Counted from the first letter of the stretch, positions 8,328-18,324 are shown. The stretch: DNA of 64,000 bases from an uncultured Candidatus Peribacteria bacterium (GCA_964633955.1 CAZWIA010000001.1:16820-80819); one strand, 5' to 3'. Notes: generated by a model not told the origin, from the letters alone. Numbers and translations are program-made.

Positions 8328-9974
8328 ATGTCCGCCGCCATCCGTCCATTCCCTGCGCCGCTTTCCCGTGCCGCCTTGTTCCTGATTGGCTGCGCGATCG
8401 TCCTCACGCCCGCGGCGGCCGCGGCGGCAACTCCCCTGGCCGGCGCGCTCACGCGCGAGCGGGCGGTCCTGTCCATTGTCCAGGCACTGGGCATCCCGCC
8501 GTCCGCCAAGACGGACGCCAGCGTCCGGCATTTGCCGCAGGCGCTGCAGCCGTTCTTCACGTCCGCGCTCAACCGCAGCGCGCTGGAAGTCTTTGGGGAG
8601 AAGCTGGAGCCGCAGGCGCCCATCACGCGCGGCCAGGCCGTGCACTTCCTGACGGTACTAGGCAATTACCACCAGAAGGACGCCGCCCTGCCGCCCTACG
8701 CGGACGTGCGCCGCGCGGAGCCCGGCGTGCGGAAGGCTGTAGACATCGCGCTGGAATACGGCTGGCTCCCGGCGCTGCGGAAAGACCGCTTTGGCGTGGA
8801 GGCACCCTTCACGGCCCGGGACCTGCGTACGCTCCTCACGGTCCTGCGCGGGGAGGAGGTGCGGAAGAACGGCAAGACCATTGTGGTGCCGGTGGTGCGC
8901 GTGCGCATCCCGTCCGCATCGGACGCGCCGGAGGCAGAGAAGCTCCTCAAGAACGTCCTGGAGCTGCTAGACAGCCGCTACTACTACGCGGAGAAGTTCG
9001 ACCGGACCGAAGCCCTCTACCGCGCGGCGGAGGCGATCGCGGAGAGCGCGCATGATCCGTACACCGTCTTCTCCAAGCCCAGCCGGGCGGACGTGAACCG
9101 CACCCAACTGGAGGGCACGTTGGAGGGAATTGGCGCGTCCGTGGAGATCAAGAAGGATACCACCGGGGAGGAGGTCCTGACTGTTGTGGCGCCGCTCCCG
9201 GGTTCTCCGGCGCTGGCCGCCGGCCTCCAGCCGGGAGACGAGATCGTGGCCGTGGACGGCGTCTCCGTCCTGGGCATGGCGCTTGAGGACGCGGTGGGGA
9301 AGATCCGCGGCAAGAGCGGCACGCAGGTGACTCTCACGCTCCGCCGCAACGGCGTGGAGTTCCAGAAGACGCTCCAGCGGGCCCGGATCAACCTGCCGGA
9401 GATCGAACGGAAGACGGTTGGCACCGCGCGGGTGGTCCGCCTCATCCAGTTCGGCAAGATCACGCACGAGCAGTTCCGGCAGCAGATGGCGGAAGTGGCC
9501 GCGGAGCAGCCCACCGGCATCGTCTTAGACCTGCGCAACAACCCCGGGGGGTTTTTAGACAGCGCCGAGCGGGTGGTGAGCGCGTTCCTTCCCAAAAACA
9601 GCGTCTTTGCCACCGTGAAGCTGGCGGACGGATCCGGGGAGGCGCAGCGGACGCTCTTGGATCCCGTGGTGCCGGAGTCCATCCCGCTCGTGGTCCTCAT
9701 CAACAATGGCTCGGCGTCGGCGTCGGAGATCGTGGCCGGCGCGCTCCAGGATGCCGGCCGTGCCAGGTTGGTTGGGGAGAAGACCTTTGGCAAGGGTTCC
9801 GTGCAGCAGGTGTATGACGTGGGCGGCGGCGCTACCCTCAAGGTGACGGTGGCCAAGTGGTTCACGCCCAAGGACCGGGCCATTGACGGCCAGGGGATTG
9901 AGCCGGACGTGCGCGTTCCCGGCTCCGCCGACCGGGACGACCAGCTGCTTAGGGCGCTGGATTTGCTGCGTTAA
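8328..9974 (+). CDS. S41 carboxy-terminal processing peptidase with PDZ domain
   Basis: Signal-like N-terminus; PDZ LPGSPALAAGLQPGDEIVAVDG; DLRNNPGGFLDSA; LINNGSASASEIVAGALQD; GEKTFGKGSVQ. Confidence 0.9.
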   Translation: MSAAIRPFPAPLSRAALFLIGCAIVLTPAAAAAATPLAGALTRERAVLSIVQALGIPPSAKTDASVRHLPQALQPFFTSALNRSALEVFGEKLEPQAPITRGQAVHFLTVLGNYHQKDAALPPYADVRRAEPGVRKAVDIALEYGWLPALRKDRFGVEAPFTARDLRTLLTVLRGEEVRKNGKTIVVPVVRVRIPSASDAPEAEKLLKNVLELLDSRYYYAEKFDRTEALYRAAEAIAESAHDPYTVFSKPSRADVNRTQLEGTLEGIGASVEIKKDTTGEEVLTVVAPLPGSPALAAGLQPGDEIVAVDGVSVLGMALEDAVGKIRGKSGTQVTLTLRRNGVEFQKTLQRARINLPEIERKTVGTARVVRLIQFGKITHEQFRQQMAEVAAEQPTGIVLDLRNNPGGFLDSAERVVSAFLPKNSVFATVKLADGSGEAQRTLLDPVVPESIPLVVLINNGSASASEIVAGALQDAGRARLVGEKTFGKGSVQQVYDVGGGATLKVTVAKWFTPKDRAIDGQGIEPDVRVPGSADRDDQLLRALDLLR

Positions 9975-10112
9975 GGCTGAAACGGAATAAACGGTAAAAA
10001 GGGAATAAACGGTGAAAAGGGTCAAAAGGGAAAACAGCAATCCCTTCTTGCCCCTTCATCCCTTTTCACCCTTTTGGCCCTTTCGTCCCTTTTCACCCTT
10101 ATTGCCTTTCCG
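9975..10112. repeat. Long imperfect palindrome of AAACGGTRAAAAGGG words between convergent genes
   Basis: aaacggtgaaaagggtcaaaagggaaaa pairs with cccttttcacccttttggccctttcg. Confidence 0.5.
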
Positions 10113-10328
10113 TCACATGTTCGAATAAAACTGCCGCTTCCGGTTCTTCTGGCGGTACTCCTCCCGCTTCAGGGCGCGCAGGCGCTCCAGGCGCCGGGTG
10201 AGGGGCTTCTTGTAGTGGCCGCGCTCACGGAGCAGCTTGATGAGGCCGGTCTTCTGGACCTGCTTCTTGAACCGCTGCTGGAGGCGGTCATTGCTCTCGT
10301 CCTTTCCTTTCACGGCGTAGATGGCCAT
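10113..10328 (-). CDS. rpsU: 30S ribosomal protein S21
   Basis: From the internal Met: MAIYAVKGKDESNDRLQQRFKKQVQKTGLIKLLRERGHYKKPLTRRLERLRALKREE. The upstream part of the listed 109-aa ORF looks non-coding. Confidence 0.85.
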   Translation of the reverse strand: MAIYAVKGKDESNDRLQQRFKKQVQKTGLIKLLRERGHYKKPLTRRLERLRALKREEYRQKNRKRQFYSNM

Positions 10329-10588
10329 AAGCGGGGAGAGAGTAGGGGAAGGGCTCTCCCCGGCGCAAGGCATTCCTTGGTGAAACGGCGGGAGAGATAT
10401 TGACATATTCCAGTAAATAGTTTTATTATACATATAGGTCATTCAGACCACCGTTAAGGTCTAGGCTGAGACAAGCGCTCTGTGTCCGTTGCGGGGATGT
10501 AGAGCGCTTGTCTCACCAGGAACCAGACAAGCCCGAACCGGCGGTTCCGGTCGTAGAGTGCCCCGCCAAGCGGGGGGAGGAGATTGCG

Positions 10589-11302
10589 ATGATGAAGAAT
10601 TTTCTGAAACTCTCCAAGAAGACGGTGGACGCCGGCGAGCGGAAGCTCGCCAAGTACATCACGGCGGACCGGTACTTGGCCATGCTGGCGGCGGACGACG
10701 CTGCCATGCAGCGGCTCGCTGCCGCGTGGCCGGAGGCGCCGGTCACCGCCACCAAGGGCACCGCCCTGATGTACGACGCCATCAGCGTCTGCCGGCTCCT
10801 GGGCCTTCCTACCATGGATGCCGGTCCGCCGCCCGCCGCCCGGCGGGACGAGATCATGCTGTACTACCCCGGCTTGTCCCTCCCACAGCTGCGGGATAAC
10901 AAGGCCGTCCGCAGCCGGAATCTCATGCTAATCCAGAACTGGTACGAGCGGCACGCCTGGGGGCGGGAGGGCTTGGAGCTGGGCTACTATGGCGTCCGGC
11001 TGCCTATCCCAGGCTCCAGCAGCCGCGACACCGCGGAGCAGGCGCAGCTCCTGCGCGATGAAGAGCGGGCCCTGCCGGTGTGCATTGGAGCGACGCTGCT
11101 GCTGGTCCACGCGTTGGCCACCTGGCAGGACGGCACGTTCCAGGATCTCCTCCGGAACGATTGGGTCCGATGCCTAGAACAGACGTCCCCTGGCGTCCGT
11201 GCCGGTCTGACGTTCGGCTCGGAGGGTCTGTACGTGGACGTCTACTGGAGTGGCTACCGCGGCTCCAGCCTCTGGGGCGGCTCTGCCCGGAAGGCTTCCT
11301 GA
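10589..11302 (+). CDS. DGR variable (target) protein; C-terminal 38 codons are the VR
   Basis: ATG at 10589 is preceded by ggaggag (the listed ORF starts at TTG 10508). No signal peptide. The C-terminus ...GLYVDVYWSGYRGSSLWGGSARKAS overlaps the VR. Confidence 0.8.
   Translation: MMKNFLKLSKKTVDAGERKLAKYITADRYLAMLAADDAAMQRLAAAWPEAPVTATKGTALMYDAISVCRLLGLPTMDAGPPPAARRDEIMLYYPGLSLPQLRDNKAVRSRNLMLIQNWYERHAWGREGLELGYYGVRLPIPGSSSRDTAEQAQLLRDEERALPVCIGATLLLVHALATWQDGTFQDLLRNDWVRCLEQTSPGVRAGLTFGSEGLYVDVYWSGYRGSSLWGGSARKAS
11176..11290 (+). repeat. DGR variable repeat (VR)
   Basis: 115 bp, with 100/115 identical to TR. All 15 differences fall at TR adenines. Confidence 0.9.
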
Positions 11303-11353
11303 CCTTGATGTTCGGACCCTTGAATTCTTTGAATTCTCGGGCTTGATCTTTGA

Positions 11354-11390
11354 CCGCTTCGTGACCCTCGTCACGGGGCGGTTTTCTTTG
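11354..11390 (+). terminator. Hairpin plus T-tract downstream of VR (terminator and/or DGR target-recognition hairpin)
   Basis: ccgcttcgtgac-cctc-gtcacggggcgg (12-bp stem with 2 G:U pairs, 4-nt loop), followed by ttttctttg. Confidence 0.6.
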
Positions 11391-11649
11391 TGAACGTCTG
11401 GCACTATGCTCATCACGCATTCTGCTCATGTAGCGGCAATCACGGTTTCCGCTCGCCGGATGCTGCTCTCTCCACACTCATCGGAATCCGCGGATCCACG
11501 GAGATGCGGAGCGTATGACGGAGAAGCATCAAGGAGAAGGAAGTCCGTGCCCATTCCTGGCGGAGGTGCTGCAAGGCTACTCCCGCAAACAATTCAGCGG
11601 AAAGATCCGTATGGTTCAATCCGCAGTGATCCCGGACGGGAACAGGCGC

Positions 11650-11764
11650 AGAACAGACGTCCCCTGACAACCGTGCCGATCTGACGTTCAACTCGGAGGG
11701 TCTGAACGTGAACGACAACTGGAGTGACAACCGCAACTCCAACCTCTGGGGCGGCTCTGCCCGG
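11650..11764 (+). repeat. DGR template repeat (TR)
   Basis: Read in the VR frame it has 8 AAC codons (..DNRADLTFNSEGLNVNDNWSDNRNSNLWGGSAR). The 3' 20 nt (tctggggcggctctgcccgg, TR 11745-11764 / VR 11271-11290) are identical to VR. Confidence 0.9.
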
Positions 11765-11774
11765 CACTTCCTTC

Positions 11775-12122
11775 TCATTCTTTCACTGACTTCATCCACC
11801 CTCCAAGCATCCGTCCAATCTCATCGATGCTCTGCTGCAACTGTACGGATTTCCGCAGATCGATCGCTCTGGTGTCCTTGGACAGCCGCAGGAGGAGACG
11901 CAGCAGGTTAAGCCTGGCGCTGACCCGCTCCAGGTGCGGCATCTTCTGGCTTCTTAGGAGTTGGCTCGCGAGCAGGATGCCTTCAAGGATATCGAGAATC
12001 AGATTCTCCACTTTCTGCCAGAGCGTGTACCGGTCGGCCTTGGGGATGAGGCCACGCAGGCCGTGGACCGTCTTGTACAGCTCATATGCCTTCTGGAGAA
12101 TGGGGATATCAGGTGTCTTCAT
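11775..12122 (-). CDS. avd: Avd-like (accessory variability determinant / four-helix-bundle) protein, 115 aa
   Basis: Small, basic and helical. C-terminal SIDEIGRMLGGWMKSVKE and LNLLRLLLRL resemble what I recall of bAvd. It sits between TR and RT but on the opposite strand. Confidence 0.65.
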   Translation of the reverse strand: MKTPDIPILQKAYELYKTVHGLRGLIPKADRYTLWQKVENLILDILEGILLASQLLRSQKMPHLERVSARLNLLRLLLRLSKDTRAIDLRKSVQLQQSIDEIGRMLGGWMKSVKE

Positions 12123-13031
12123 ATGAAAGTGCATGAGGATATCTTCAGCCGGATCATCTCGCCAGAGAACCTTTTCAGCGCTTGGGAGGAGTTTCGCAAA
12201 GGCAAGCAGGCACGGAAGGACGTTCGGCTGTTCGAATGGCAGCTGGAGCCGAATCTGTTTGCGCTCCATCACGAGTTGCGGACCGGAACATACCGTCATG
12301 GTCCGTACAGCGCCTTCACGATCCACGATCCCAAGCGGCGGCGCATCCACAAAGCGGCGGTCAGAGACCGGATCCTGCACCATGCCGTCTTCTCCGTAAT
12401 CAATCCCATCTGGGAGCCGGCGTTCATTGCGCACTCATTCTCTTGCCGGAAGGGCAAGGGGACGCACCGCGGTGTGGACGCGCTGGAGCGGATGCTCCGT
12501 CGGGTAAGCCGCAACTATACGCGGCCCTGCTTTGCGCTGAAGTGTGATGTTCACCAGTTCTTCGCGTCTGTGGACCACGGGATTCTCCTGAAGATTCTGG
12601 GGCGCCGCATCAAGGACCCGAACGTCCTGAGCCTGCTCACGGAGATTATCGGTAGCTTTTCCAGCACATCGATAGGGAAGGGCGTACCTATCGGCAATCT
12701 CACGTCACAACTGTTCGCGAACGTCTATCTCCATGAGTTCGACCAGTTCATCAAGCACCATCTGCGCGTGTGCCACTATGTCCGCTACACGGATGACTTT
12801 GTGGTCGCAAGTGAGGATGAAACCTGGCTTGCATCGTTGATTCCGCTCATCCGGTCGTTTCTCCAAGAGACACTCCGGCTGGACTTGCACCCCCATAAGA
12901 TAGGTATCCGCAAGGAGCGGCAGGGCATCGATTTCCTGGGATACGTCCTGCTCCCGCGCCATCGCGTCCTGCGCACCCGCACAAAGCGCCGCATGGTAAA
13001 AAAATTGAGAGAGAGAGAGAGAGCGTGGTGA
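12123..13031 (+). CDS. DGR reverse transcriptase (C-terminus displaced into another frame, 13033-13152)
   Basis: Motifs PIGNLTSQLFANVYL and YVRYTDDFVV (YxDD). Probable start is ATG 12123; the listed ORF start at 11961 is antisense to avd. Confidence 0.9.
   Translation: MKVHEDIFSRIISPENLFSAWEEFRKGKQARKDVRLFEWQLEPNLFALHHELRTGTYRHGPYSAFTIHDPKRRRIHKAAVRDRILHHAVFSVINPIWEPAFIAHSFSCRKGKGTHRGVDALERMLRRVSRNYTRPCFALKCDVHQFFASVDHGILLKILGRRIKDPNVLSLLTEIIGSFSSTSIGKGVPIGNLTSQLFANVYLHEFDQFIKHHLRVCHYVRYTDDFVVASEDETWLASLIPLIRSFLQETLRLDLHPHKIGIRKERQGIDFLGYVLLPRHRVLRTRTKRRMVKKLRERERAW
13007..13022 (+). repeat. (GA)8 dinucleotide tract preceded by A7 (12998-13004) at the RT frameshift point
   Basis: Read directly: aaaaaaattgagagagagagagagagc. 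Confidence 0.95.
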
Positions 13032-13228
13032 CGGCTTGTTCAATCAGGCCTTCCAGGCGTACTTGGGTGTCCTCTCACACGCGGACGCCTACCGGCTGAC
13101 GCAGGATCTCCGGAACCAGTATGGGTTTTTGGCGCTTCAGGACAAGGAATAGTACGGGCATCCGGTCTGTCTGCCTTCAGGCAGGACTTCCGTTCCTGCC
13201 CATTGATCCGGTCCGCATCCCCCAGTAG

Positions 13229-15283
<2,055 letters not shown>

Positions 15284-15327
15284 GTCCAGGATGAGCTATC
15301 TGTGAAGGGTGGTGAGCCTGCCGAACC

Positions 15328-15363
15328 ACGCACGCTAAGGCAGTCACAAATCTAGATATTTGA
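15328..15363 (+). pseudogene. Relic second copy of the last 11 codons plus stop of gyrB
   Basis: It translates to [11 protein letters not shown], identical to the gyrB end (15248-15283), with 25/36 nt identity and only synonymous changes. Confidence 0.6.
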
Positions 15364-15425
15364 GACGTGAGACATGTGACTTGAGAAGAAGCGTCACTCA
15401 TATCTCACGTCTCAAGTCACATGTC
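15362..15425. terminator. Interleaved inverted repeats between convergent gyrB and the glycosyltransferase
   Basis: gacatgtgacttgag (15371-85) pairs with ctcaagtcacatgtc (15411-25). gagacgtgaga (15362-72) pairs with tctcacgtctc (15403-13). Confidence 0.5.
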
Positions 15426-15433
15426 TTTAATGC

Positions 15434-16147
15434 TCACTCCACCCGCGGGAGCTCCACCATCTTCCGCTTGAAGAAGCGGACCTCGCAGTAGGAGCGGATG
15501 TACTCAAACCAGCCGCGGAAGAACCCCCGGCGGAATCGTCGGCCGGAAATGAGGACCGCCGGGCGCGGCAGGTGCCGGATACGGCCGATCTGCGCGATCC
15601 GCTCGCCCAGATCCACATCCTCCATGGCGTCCAGCAGGGGATCGAACCCGCCGGCCGCTTCATACGCGTCCCGGCGGACGGCAAAGCTGCCGCCCGAGAT
15701 GCTCCAGTGGCCGTGGAGGAAGCGGTACAGCCACAGCATGACCGGGAGGCACTGGTTGTGCGTGATGTTGGTGAGCCGGCGGCAGTCATGGATGCGCATG
15801 CCGTGCGTGACGGCCGCCGTCTCCGGCTCGGCCGCAAAGACGCGCAGCGTCCTGTTAATCCACTCCGGATCCACGACAGTTTCCGCGTCCATGCCAAAGA
15901 GCACGGTCCCCTTGGCCTCTTGGCAGCCTCGGGCGCGCGCCCGTCCGCGGCCCCGCCGGTGCTCCCGGGTGACGCGGATGGCCAGGCGGTCTTTGAAGGA
16001 CTCGGCTACTTCGGCAGTATCGTCCGTTGAACCGTTATCCACCACGATGACCTCGAACGGTTCTGAAATGGTCTGGCGCGTGAGCGCCTCAAGGCAGCGA
16101 CCGATGTTCGCCGCCTCGTTCAATGCGGGGATGATCACAGAGACCAT
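15434..16147 (-). CDS. Family 2 glycosyltransferase
   Basis: MVSVIIPALNEAANIGRCLEALTRQTISEPFEVIVVDNGSTDDT. Start placed at the internal Met; the ORF extends to 16261. Confidence 0.85.
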   Translation of the reverse strand: MVSVIIPALNEAANIGRCLEALTRQTISEPFEVIVVDNGSTDDTAEVAESFKDRLAIRVTREHRRGRGRARARGCQEAKGTVLFGMDAETVVDPEWINRTLRVFAAEPETAAVTHGMRIHDCRRLTNITHNQCLPVMLWLYRFLHGHWSISGGSFAVRRDAYEAAGGFDPLLDAMEDVDLGERIAQIGRIRHLPRPAVLISGRRFRRGFFRGWFEYIRSYCEVRFFKRKMVELPRVE

Positions 16148-16295
16148 GGCGTGCGGGAGTATACTCCTGTGACGGCCGGGCGGCTGTATTATTTCGCTAT
16201 AAAAAGGCGCAGAAGTCCATAGTTGGTCGTCTGTGGTCTGTAGGTCGCATCTATCCTTCAATCAGAATGAAGGTCTACAAACTACTCACTACAAA

Positions 16296-16407
16296 CTAGA
16301 ACCGGTTTGATAAACCGTAGCAGGGGTTCGGTTACCCCTGCGGACCCGCGCGGGTAACCGAACCCGCGCTACGATTCATGGAGGTTGAGGGTTTGTGAGA
16401 CCGGTTC
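16296..16407. repeat. MITE/REP-like palindromic element, copy A (112 bp)
   Basis: Near-identical to 22840-22953. Terminal inverted repeats are gaaccggt...accggttc; the inner stem is gggttcggttaccc/gggtaaccgaaccc. Confidence 0.8.
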
Positions 16408-16421
16408 TACCAACTCGTCCG

Positions 16422-17777
16422 TCAGTCCGCATCTACCGCCTCGTCCATCCGGTCGCGCAGCGCGTAGGTGTCTAGGTTCTCCTTTCCAAGCAGCTGGATG
16501 ATCTGCTTAATGGCTTGGTCAAAGGGGATCTGCTGCTGCTTCCCCGCCTGCATGTCCCGCAGAATGATGGTGTTCTCCTTCACCTCCAGCTTTCCCAGGA
16601 GCAGGGTGTAGCGCGCTGCAAATTTGTCCGCCAGGCGCATCTGACTCTTGAGGCTGGCCTCACCCAGTGCGCCGAGCGTATGCACGCCCAGCTCCCGCAG
16701 GTCCGCCACCAGCTTCAGGCACTTCTGCTTGGCCTCCGGTCCCAGCTGCGCCACAAACACGTCCACCTGGTCCTTATTGGGCACCTGCACGCCCGCCTCC
16801 TTCATGTGCCAGATGATCCGTTCCATCCCGCCCGCAAACCCCACGCCGGGCGTGGGCTTGCCGCCCAGGATCTCCATGAGGCCGTCATACCGGCCGCCGC
16901 CGCCAACGGCGTTCTGCGCGCCAGTGCTCTGGTCCCAGAACTCAAAGACCGTCTGGTTGTAGTAATCCAGCCCGCGCACCAGGCTTGGGTTATCCGTCCA
17001 GCTCACGCCCAGCTCGGTCAGGTATTCCTTCAGCGTCTCGTGGTACTGCGCGCTCTCCGGGCTCACAAACTGGCTCAGGGACGGGGCGCCCTTGAGGAGG
17101 ATCTGCGTGTCTTCCTGCTTGGAATCCAGGAGCCGCAGCGGGTTATGCGCCAGGCGCGACCGGTCCTCCTCCGGCAGCTGGCGCTCCTTGCCGGCAAAGA
17201 AGTCCTTCAGCGCCTCCACAAAGGCCGACCTGTGCTGCGCGTCCCCAATGTTATTGAGCTGCAGCGTCAGGCGGTTCAGGATCTTCAGATCCTTCAGGAT
17301 CCGCGTGACCGCGTAGATGAGCTGCGCGTCCAGGCTGGGATCCTTCAGGCCGATTACCTCCAGATCAAACTGGTGGAACTGCCGGTAGCGGCCCTTCTGG
17401 GGGCGGTCGTACCGGAAGCAGGGGCCGATGGCGTAGAGCTCCACCGGCTGCGGGAGCTGCTGCATGCCGTGCTCCAGGTACGCGCGGCAGATGCCCGCCG
17501 TGAATTCCGGTCGCAGCGCGAACTCCTTCATGACCGCGTCCTCCCCGGCGGAGCTGTGCTGCCCCCGCACCGTGAAGAGCTCCTTCTCCACAATATCCGT
17601 GTGCACGCCTATCCCGCGCTCAAAGACCGCCGGGTGCTCGAACATGGGCGGATCGATCCGCTTGTAGCCCGCTTGGCGGGCGCGATGGCGCACGGCCTTC
17701 TTGATGTACGTGTGGTACATCTGCTCCTCCGGGAGGACGTCGTGCGTGCCTTTGGGGGTGCGGATCAGCTCGGCCAT
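16422..17777 (-). CDS. hisS: Histidine--tRNA ligase
   Basis: MAELIRTPKGTHDVLPEE; CFRYDRPQKGRYRQFHQFDLEVIG; GGGRYDGL. Confidence 0.95.
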   Translation of the reverse strand: MAELIRTPKGTHDVLPEEQMYHTYIKKAVRHRARQAGYKRIDPPMFEHPAVFERGIGVHTDIVEKELFTVRGQHSSAGEDAVMKEFALRPEFTAGICRAYLEHGMQQLPQPVELYAIGPCFRYDRPQKGRYRQFHQFDLEVIGLKDPSLDAQLIYAVTRILKDLKILNRLTLQLNNIGDAQHRSAFVEALKDFFAGKERQLPEEDRSRLAHNPLRLLDSKQEDTQILLKGAPSLSQFVSPESAQYHETLKEYLTELGVSWTDNPSLVRGLDYYNQTVFEFWDQSTGAQNAVGGGGRYDGLMEILGGKPTPGVGFAGGMERIIWHMKEAGVQVPNKDQVDVFVAQLGPEAKQKCLKLVADLRELGVHTLGALGEASLKSQMRLADKFAARYTLLLGKLEVKENTIILRDMQAGKQQQIPFDQAIKQIIQLLGKENLDTYALRDRMDEAVDAD

Positions 17778-17990
17778 GGCAAAACGGCTTGGGAACCGGA
17801 AAAAGTACAACGGCTAGCATACCACGGTCTCCCGATCGGCCAAGGGGTTTCCAGACCTGGATTTGCCGTCTGGACAGGCAGTCGCCCATCTTGGCAAAGC
17901 TCCGTTGCGGCGGAAATGAGGAAATTATGCACTCCAGTGCCTGTTCTTCGCTCATTGCATTCTGGGCAAGCCCCGTCTGCTTCAGCTGAC

Positions 17991-18115
17991 TGGGGCGAGC
18001 GACGGGAGTCGAACCCGCGACCCTCTGGACCACAACCAGATGCGGCTGCGCCGCAGAGAGTCTTTCTTCTTGCACCTCGCGTCAACGCTCGGTGGCCCAC
18101 TGAGCTCCGCTCGCC
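17991..18115 (-). tRNA. tRNA-His-like gene with a 48-nt insertion between D arm and anticodon arm (pseudogene or regulatory mimic?)
   Basis: The 3' 53 nt are identical to tRNA-His (anticodon arm, T arm, acceptor, CCA). The 5' end GGCGAGCGgAGCUCAGUGG matches except for U8G. Confidence 0.45.
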
Positions 18116-18154
18116 AAAGGAAGGACTGTCTGTGTGAGGAGATGAATCGTACGA

Positions 18155-18231
18155 TGGGGCGAGCGACGGGAGTCGAACCCGCGACCCTCTGGACCACAAC
18201 CAGATGCTCTAACCACTGAGCTACGCTCGCC
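18155..18231 (-). tRNA. tRNA-His (GUG), with encoded G-1 and CCA
   Basis: Manual cloverleaf: GGCGAGCG UA GCUC AGUGGUUA GAGC A UCUGG UUGUGGU CCAGA GGGUC GCGGG UUCGACU CCCGU CGCUCGC C CCA. Confidence 0.92.
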
Positions 18232-18324
18232 ATGAGAAGATTCAGCCAAATGAACGAAACCCTCAGTCCTGCTCAGCCAAGGGCCTGCGCATTGTAGGGG
18301 AAACTGCGCGTGAGACAACACCGC

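Larger units (their letters stand above)
10589..13152 (+). mobile_element. Diversity-generating retroelement cassette (target+VR, TR, Avd-like, RT)
   Basis: See the component features. The TR/VR pair has adenine-only mismatches, and the RT carries DGR-type motifs. Confidence 0.88.

Noticed and set aside
11515-11667. 50-codon ORF between VR and TR that reads into the TR.
   Set aside because: It is short, has no motif, and ends at a stop created within TR. It is more likely non-coding DGR RNA or spacer sequence.
11961-12122. N-terminal 54-codon extension of the RT ORF.
   Set aside because: It is exactly antisense to the Avd-like gene. RT homology (FSAWEEFRKGK...) starts just after the ATG at 12123.
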